DNA from: an uncultured Myxococcales bacterium
GTDB lineage: Bacteria; Myxococcota_A; Polyangia; Palsa-1104; JAEUJZ01
DNA: 64,000 bases
Direction: 5' to 3'
NCBI GenBank assembly: GCA_964628555.1
Contig: CAZVMD010000006.1
Span: 1,267 to 65,266 of the forward strand
Part shown: one piece after another, positions 59,320 to 64,000 of the stretch
Layout: every line of letters begins with the position of its first letter
Numbering within the stretch: the stretch's first letter is position 1
Notes under the pieces: model-generated
Databases searched by the model: none
The model's input: the letters and a program-made list of their open reading frames with translations, nothing else
Told to the model about the DNA's origin: nothing
Program-made: the position numbers and the translations under genes

Positions 59320-59912
59320 CAATATCACCTCTGTCGTCCGCCCGGCAGCCCCTGGCGATCGTTCTTGCTGCGTTCGGGATCGGCCCTGGCCTGCCTTGCG
59401 GGCGGCGGTCGCGAGCGATCGCTCAGTCCACGCCGCTGCCTTTGCGCTTGCGCACCAGCGTCGGGATGCTGATGTCGAGCGTGCGTGCTTGCACCGGCAG
59501 GGGGATGGCCAGCACCCCGCTTGGGGCTGGCAGCGGCGTCTGCACCGAACAAGGTGCCGCCTGCAGCGTCGGCGCTTTCTTGAGAGGAGGCCAGCGAAGC
59601 AGGCCTGCGAAGACACCATCAGCTCATCAGTCGCGACCAGCTCTGGCCATGTCTTTGCGGTCACTTGCTCCAGGATGCGCGAGAGGATCACAAAGTTGGT
59701 GTTTGAGTAGCGGCTGTAGCGATCGCCGGGTGCCGCCCAGGCCCGTTTCGGTTTCCGTCCCGGAGCCGCACCGAGATGCCAACACCGACAAGACCTCGCT
59801 TGGTCAGGGAGCTCTCGGCCAGCGAGTCGAGCGAGCTCGAAATGGAGGGCTGGCAGCCGGTCAGGCCCAAGAAAAGGGATGCAAAAACGGCATAGCGAGA
59901 GAAGGTCTTCAT
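59320..59912 (-). pseudogene. Decayed beta-lactamase-family (PF00144) serine-hydrolase gene: lipoprotein N-terminus, internal deletion and frameshift
   Basis: ATG at 59912 with a GGAG RBS gives MKTFSRYAVFASLFLGLTGC...SLDSLAESSLTKRGLVGVGISVRLRDG (signal plus the PG.AV.V..DG region). A +2 frame then reads GDRYSRYSNTNFVILSRILEQVTAKTWPELVATDELM (the YSN motif region). Too few residues separate the two pieces for the SxxK segment, and there is no KTG region afterwards. Confidence 0.45.
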
Positions 59913-60353
59913 GGGGGTGTCTCCGTGTGGGCGCCGCAAGTGGCGTGCTCTGTCGCTAGAGCACCCCCCGTGCCGGAGACGAGTCCGCAAGATCATGGGG
60001 GAATTTCCGCTGCCCCGGAGCGGACCACCACGTTTCGTGCGCATCGAACTGCAGACCAGAACGAAACGTTCTTCCGCCCGCCCCCGGCTCCGGCTCGCGC
60101 AGACTCTTCGCGATGGCAGGGAAGCCGGCAACTTTCGCCGCGTCCGCTCTGCGTGGGGTGGCGCTGCGGCGCGTGGCGGGCGACGGACGGTGAGGGGCTG
60201 GCATGCACGGTGCTTTATCTCCGCGGTACGGTCTGCCGAGCGCAGCCGCAGCGAACGGAGGACGGCAGCGCTGCTGCAAGCCCGCCGACCTCTTGCCCGG
60301 CTGACCGGCACGCACCGCCGCTTATCGTCACTGACTGCGGGGAGGTCCAGGCC

Positions 60354-60818
60354 ATGGTGGGCAGCTCGAACAATCCCGGGACCGGCAAGCCGAGCTGGCG
60401 CTGCATCGGGGCGCTTGTGCTCGGCGGTGGCAGCCTCCTGTGCGGCGGCTGTACCCGCTGGGTCGAGGTGCGCTTCGACAAAGCTCCCAGCGCCGCGGTC
60501 GCGTGGGAGGAGAGCCGCGTCACGTATGAGGACGGCCAGCAGGTGGAGCTGGACAAGAGTCGGCTGGTCTATCCGCTGCTCTATGGTGAGGTCAGGAGCG
60601 TGCGCGAGTCAGCCAAGGGGCGACTGCTGCGCCGCGCTGACTGGAACATCCGCCCGCCCATCAATGTGCGGCGTGTGGCACGGCTTGAGCGACGCCAGTT
60701 CTCTTTGGAGGACACGCTTATCGAGGGCACCGGCATCCTGCTCGGGGTAGGCAGCCTGGTCGGCCTCGGGGTCGGGTTTGTTTGGCTGGTTTCTCACTAC
60801 GCGGCCCCTCCCATCTGA
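60354..60818 (+). CDS. Small lipoprotein with a C-terminal TM segment (155 aa), hypothetical
   Basis: ATG at 60354. Lipobox LLCGGC. C-terminal hydrophobic helix GILLGVGSLVGLGVGFVWLV. Lies within a longer spurious track ORF. Confidence 0.4.
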   Translation: MVGSSNNPGTGKPSWRCIGALVLGGGSLLCGGCTRWVEVRFDKAPSAAVAWEESRVTYEDGQQVELDKSRLVYPLLYGEVRSVRESAKGRLLRRADWNIRPPINVRRVARLERRQFSLEDTLIEGTGILLGVGSLVGLGVGFVWLVSHYAAPPI

Positions 60819-60939
60819 CTGGCAGGGGCGCTTGCCCTTGCACCCACCGTCGCTGCGCACGCGCGGCTTTCCTTGCCTGAGGCGGCCGTGCTATTGAAAA
60901 AGCTGCTTTTTTTCGCTCTACAGCCGGGGGGCTGAGCCC

Positions 60940-63900
60940 GTGCGACTGCTGAAACAGGTCCGCCTATTTTTTCAGGAAGGCACGTCGGACAAGGTCTACG
61001 AGATCGACCTGTGCGAGCTCGGGCCGGGACGCTGCGTCGTCAACTACCGCTTTGGTCGGCGCGGCAGTCGCTTGCGCGAGGGCAGTCACACCGCGGCCCC
61101 GGTCAGCCTGACCGAGGCCGAGCGGGCGTTCGAGGCGCTGGAGCGCGCCAAGCGAGCCAAGGGCTATCGCGATCTGCCCGCGAGCGCTGGGCCCACGTCG
61201 AGCCCAAGTCCCGGTCGCAGTCCGGCCCGTCCCGCCGCTCCGGCCGTCGCGGGTCGGCCGAACCGCACGCCGGCTGAGTTTCGCGAAGCGGCGGTGCTGC
61301 GTCGCCTGCAGGCTGGTCCGCGCGGCAGCAAGTGGCCGATCGAGCGCGCCATCTGGCGAGCCGGTGAGCTGCGGGTGCGCGGTGCGGCGCCGGTGCTGGT
61401 CCGTCTGCTTGGCGGCGGCGCCCTGCGCGACTACTGCATCGTCTGGGCGCTGGGCCGGCTGGGCGACGAGGTAGCGGTCGAGCCGCTGGTCGGTCTGTGG
61501 CGGGCCGCCAGCACCCCCGAGATGGTGCGCCGCCTGGCCGTCGAGTCGCTGCGCCTGCTCGGCAGTGACGCGATGCGGGCCGAGATGGCTCGCGATCTGC
61601 TGGACGAGCTGCCCGTCGAGCTGCGCCGGCCCGCCCAGAGTGGAAATACCGAGGCTCTGCTCGCCGCCCTCAACAAGTACGTAACCGGCTCGGACGCCAG
61701 TCGCTACGAGGTGCTGGAGACCCTGTACCTCATCGACACCGAGGCGGTGCGGCCGGCGCTGCTGTCCTTTCTGCGCAGCGCGCCGCTGCGCGGCTTGCAC
61801 TTTGCGCGCCTGCGCTTCCTGTTCAAAGCCGCCGAGCTGCGCAGCGACGGCGAGCTGTTCGGCCTCTTGGCCTATCGCTTTGCCAAAGAGAGCGCCGCGA
61901 CGAAGAGCTACGGCTCGCGCGGGCGGACGGCGTATGCCGCGACCACCCGCGGCTATCTGCAGCTCCGCGTGTGGCGACGGCTGCGGCGGCTGGGGGGGCT
62001 TGGCGATCGCGACTACATCAAGATGGCGGTCGGCGTGCTCTTGCCCTTTAGCGACGCCGATGCAGTGGCGGTGCGCAGCGTCGGGCGCAACCACTGGGGG
62101 CCGTTCGCGCCCTACTGGGCCCTAAACCACATCCTGTACGGCAAGAGCCCGCGCTTCCGGGCGCAGCGCAATGCCAAGGCCTGGCGCTGCCAGCCGGGCT
62201 ATCGCCCCGACGATGGCGCGGCGCCGCCGCACGTCCGCGAAGAGTCGTTCCCGGCCCTGTGGACCGAGCAGCCGGCCGGCCTGCTGCACCTGCTCGCCGA
62301 GAGTGCCTGTGCACCGGTACACGAGTTCGCGGCCAAAGCCCTGCGTGCCTGTCCCAAGATCCTCGACGACTTGGACACGGAGACGCTGCTGCTGCTGCTG
62401 TCGCGGCCGTATGCCGTCACGGCGCAGCTTGGCTGCGATGTGGTGGCGGCGCGCTATCAGCCGCTGGCTCCCGAGCTGCCCCTGGTGCTGGCGGTGGCCA
62501 ACTGCGTCTCGGCGAGCGGCCGCGCGCTGGCTCATCGCTGGATCGCCGAGGGGCGCGGCTTCTTCGTACTCGACGGCAACTTCCTGTTTGCGCTGTGTAC
62601 CAGCCCGCACGCCGACACTCGCGCCGCGGCGCTGCAGCTACTGCGCGTGAGCCTGCTGCCCGAGGCGGCGGCCCGCGCGCTGTGTACCCGCCTGATCGCC
62701 AGTCTGCTCGGCCTGAGTGCCACCAGCGACGGACCGGCGCAGGCCCGCGACATCGGCGAGATCCTGTTGCGCGGCCTTGGCCATGGCCCAAGCTCGGTGC
62801 TGCGCTCGCTGCCTATGCGCCCGATCTTCGACCTGTTGCGCCACCCGCTCGGCGAGGTGCAGGGCATCGGCGCCAGCCTGCTTCTGCATCACGAAAAGGG
62901 CGTGGGCGCGCTGTCGCGGGACGAGCTGGATGCCCTGCTGCGGGCCCTGGTCTCGTCGAGCTTTGCGCCGACCCGCCGCCTGGGGCTGGAGCTCCTGGCC
63001 CAGGTCTCGGACGATCGCCTGCGCGAGCAGCAGGAGCTCTTGCGGACCCTGTGCACCCACCCCTTGGCCGATCTGCGCGAGGCGGCGCGGCCGCTGATTC
63101 GTCGGCTGGCCGCGCACTCGCCGGCCTTTGCCCAGGCGATGCTCAGCGAGCTGATCTCGGTGCTGCGCAGCGGCGAGCCGCACGAGGGCGTGCACGCGCA
63201 TGTGCTGCGCCTGCTGCGCGAAGATCTGCCGGCGGCGCTGGCCACCCTGCCGCTCGCCGACGTGCTGGCGCTGTGCGACAGCGACTCGACGGTGGCGCTG
63301 GAGCTGGCCGGGCACCTGCTCTGTACCCATAGCCGCTGGGCCGAGGAGCTGGGCACGAGCGACATCGTTCACCTGGCGCAGAGCGAGGTCCTGGCGGTGC
63401 GCGAGGCCGCCCACGCATATCTGCGCAGCGTCCTGCCCCGCATTCGGGGAAACCCTGAAGAGGTCGCGCTGGCCGTCCGCATCGTCGAGAGCCGCTGGCC
63501 AGACAGCCGCGACTTTGGCTTCCGCCTGCTGCGCGAGGAGCTTGGCGAGCCCGACTACACGCCAGAGATCCTGGTCGGCATCTGCGACAGCGTGAAGCCC
63601 GAGGTGCAGGCGCTGGGGCGCGAGCTTATCACCCGCTACTTCCACAGCGACCGCGGTCCCGAGTACCTGCTCAAGCTGAGCGAGCATCCCTCGACCGATC
63701 TGCAGCTGTTCGCGACCAACTATCTAGAGACCTACGCCGCCGGTCAGCCCGCGCGGCTGCAGGCGCTGCAGCTTTACTTCATCAGCGTACTGTCGCGCGT
63801 CAACCAGGCTCGCCTGGCCAAGCTGCGCGTGCATGCCTTCCTGCGCGCCGAAGCCGGGCGCAGCATCGAGGCCGCGGCTCTGGTGGTCGACATCCTTAGT

Positions 63901-64000
63901 CGGGTCTCGGCGACGGTGGCGATCGGCGAGCGGGCGCGGTCGATCGAGACCCTGCTGGCCATCCACGCGCTGCATCCAGCGCTGCCGCTGCCGCTTGCCC
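60940..64000 (+). CDS. Large WGR-domain / HEAT-repeat protein (MolR-like), 5' partial; continues beyond the window
   Basis: GTG at 60940. N-terminus VRLLKQVRLFFQEGTSDKVYEIDLCELGPGRCVVNYRFGRRGSRLREGS...KRAKGY is a WGR domain. Then PBS-lyase/HEAT-like repeats (PVLVRLLGGGALRDYCIVWALGRLGDEVAVEPLV). The frame is open to position 64000, so it is absent from the ORF track. Confidence 0.6.
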   Translation, partial: MRLLKQVRLFFQEGTSDKVYEIDLCELGPGRCVVNYRFGRRGSRLREGSHTAAPVSLTEAERAFEALERAKRAKGYRDLPASAGPTSSPSPGRSPARPAAPAVAGRPNRTPAEFREAAVLRRLQAGPRGSKWPIERAIWRAGELRVRGAAPVLVRLLGGGALRDYCIVWALGRLGDEVAVEPLVGLWRAASTPEMVRRLAVESLRLLGSDAMRAEMARDLLDELPVELRRPAQSGNTEALLAALNKYVTGSDASRYEVLETLYLIDTEAVRPALLSFLRSAPLRGLHFARLRFLFKAAELRSDGELFGLLAYRFAKESAATKSYGSRGRTAYAATTRGYLQLRVWRRLRRLGGLGDRDYIKMAVGVLLPFSDADAVAVRSVGRNHWGPFAPYWALNHILYGKSPRFRAQRNAKAWRCQPGYRPDDGAAPPHVREESFPALWTEQPAGLLHLLAESACAPVHEFAAKALRACPKILDDLDTETLLLLLSRPYAVTAQLGCDVVAARYQPLAPELPLVLAVANCVSASGRALAHRWIAEGRGFFVLDGNFLFALCTSPHADTRAAALQLLRVSLLPEAAARALCTRLIASLLGLSATSDGPAQARDIGEILLRGLGHGPSSVLRSLPMRPIFDLLRHPLGEVQGIGASLLLHHEKGVGALSRDELDALLRALVSSSFAPTRRLGLELLAQVSDDRLREQQELLRTLCTHPLADLREAARPLIRRLAAHSPAFAQAMLSELISVLRSGEPHEGVHAHVLRLLREDLPAALATLPLADVLALCDSDSTVALELAGHLLCTHSRWAEELGTSDIVHLAQSEVLAVREAAHAYLRSVLPRIRGNPEEVALAVRIVESRWPDSRDFGFRLLREELGEPDYTPEILVGICDSVKPEVQALGRELITRYFHSDRGPEYLLKLSEHPSTDLQLFATNYLETYAAGQPARLQALQLYFISVLSRVNQARLAKLRVHAFLRAEAGRSIEAAALVVDILSRVSATVAIGERARSIETLLAIHALHPALPLPLA

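Noticed and set aside
59688-59912. 74-aa lipoprotein as a stand-alone gene
   Set aside because: Its sequence matches the N-terminal block of beta-lactamase-family enzymes, and a YSN-block continues in another frame. It is better explained as a pseudogene stump.
59127-60353. N-terminal 400 codons of the 563-aa track ORF 59127..60818
   Set aside because: The sequence is junk-like and Arg/Ala-rich, and it crosses the HIT gene and the pseudogene on the other strand. Only the last 155 codons, from the ATG at 60354, look like a real lipoprotein gene.

Overview
This is a 64 kb window of a very GC-rich (~68-70%) chromosome, densely coded on both strands. The gene content points to Myxococcota: two eukaryotic-like Ser/Thr kinases plus a pseudokinase, FHA domains, a sigma-54 enhancer-binding protein, histone-H1-like Lys/Ala/Pro tails, and many lipobox lipoproteins and secreted hydrolases. 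The long antisense ORFs in the six-frame track are GC-frame artefacts; I called genes from motifs, RBSs, overlaps and operon context only. The main features are:
- (1) At the left edge, the first genes of a phage-tail-like contractile injection system (eCIS): the N-terminus of a sheath gene, a coupled hypothetical, a DUF4255/Afp16-like gene, and a divergent Afp15-like AAA+ ATPase. The rest of the system lies off-window.
- (2) An ECF41-type sigma factor operon, and a secreted lipase.
- (3) A YcaO-TfuA backbone-thioamidation pair inside a ~6.5 kb island of uncharacterised genes bracketed by two inverted paralogous small membrane-protein genes. The island also holds a His-rich/Gly-rich 274-aa protein and a GT-B-like protein. 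This is the best candidate for an undescribed system.
- (4) A second secreted lipase, a Ser/Thr kinase, tyrosine catabolism genes (hppD-hmgA with a divergent LysR), a membrane-anchored spermidine-synthase/amine-oxidase pair, and an FHA sigma-54 activator.
- (5) A same-strand cluster of secreted lipoproteins (DUF4331, beta-propeller, vWA).
- (6) A 476-bp regulatory region carrying a six-fold TAGGAA repeat in front of an ompA-family gene.
- (7) A low-GC islet with foreign codon usage that encodes a TPR protein coupled to a Cys-rich small lipoprotein.
- (8) TPR proteins, an HEMAH peptidase, a zinc-ribbon/AKP-tail protein, an FHA-kinase, dnaK with a clear terminator, and a transglutaminase-like protein.
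- (9) An asparaginase-II-like gene, a crotonase, an Rv2613c-like HIT Ap4A phosphorylase, a decayed beta-lactamase-family pseudogene, and the 5' ~3 kb of a giant WGR-HEAT protein running off the right edge.
I found no rRNA, tRNA, CRISPR or obvious transposase.
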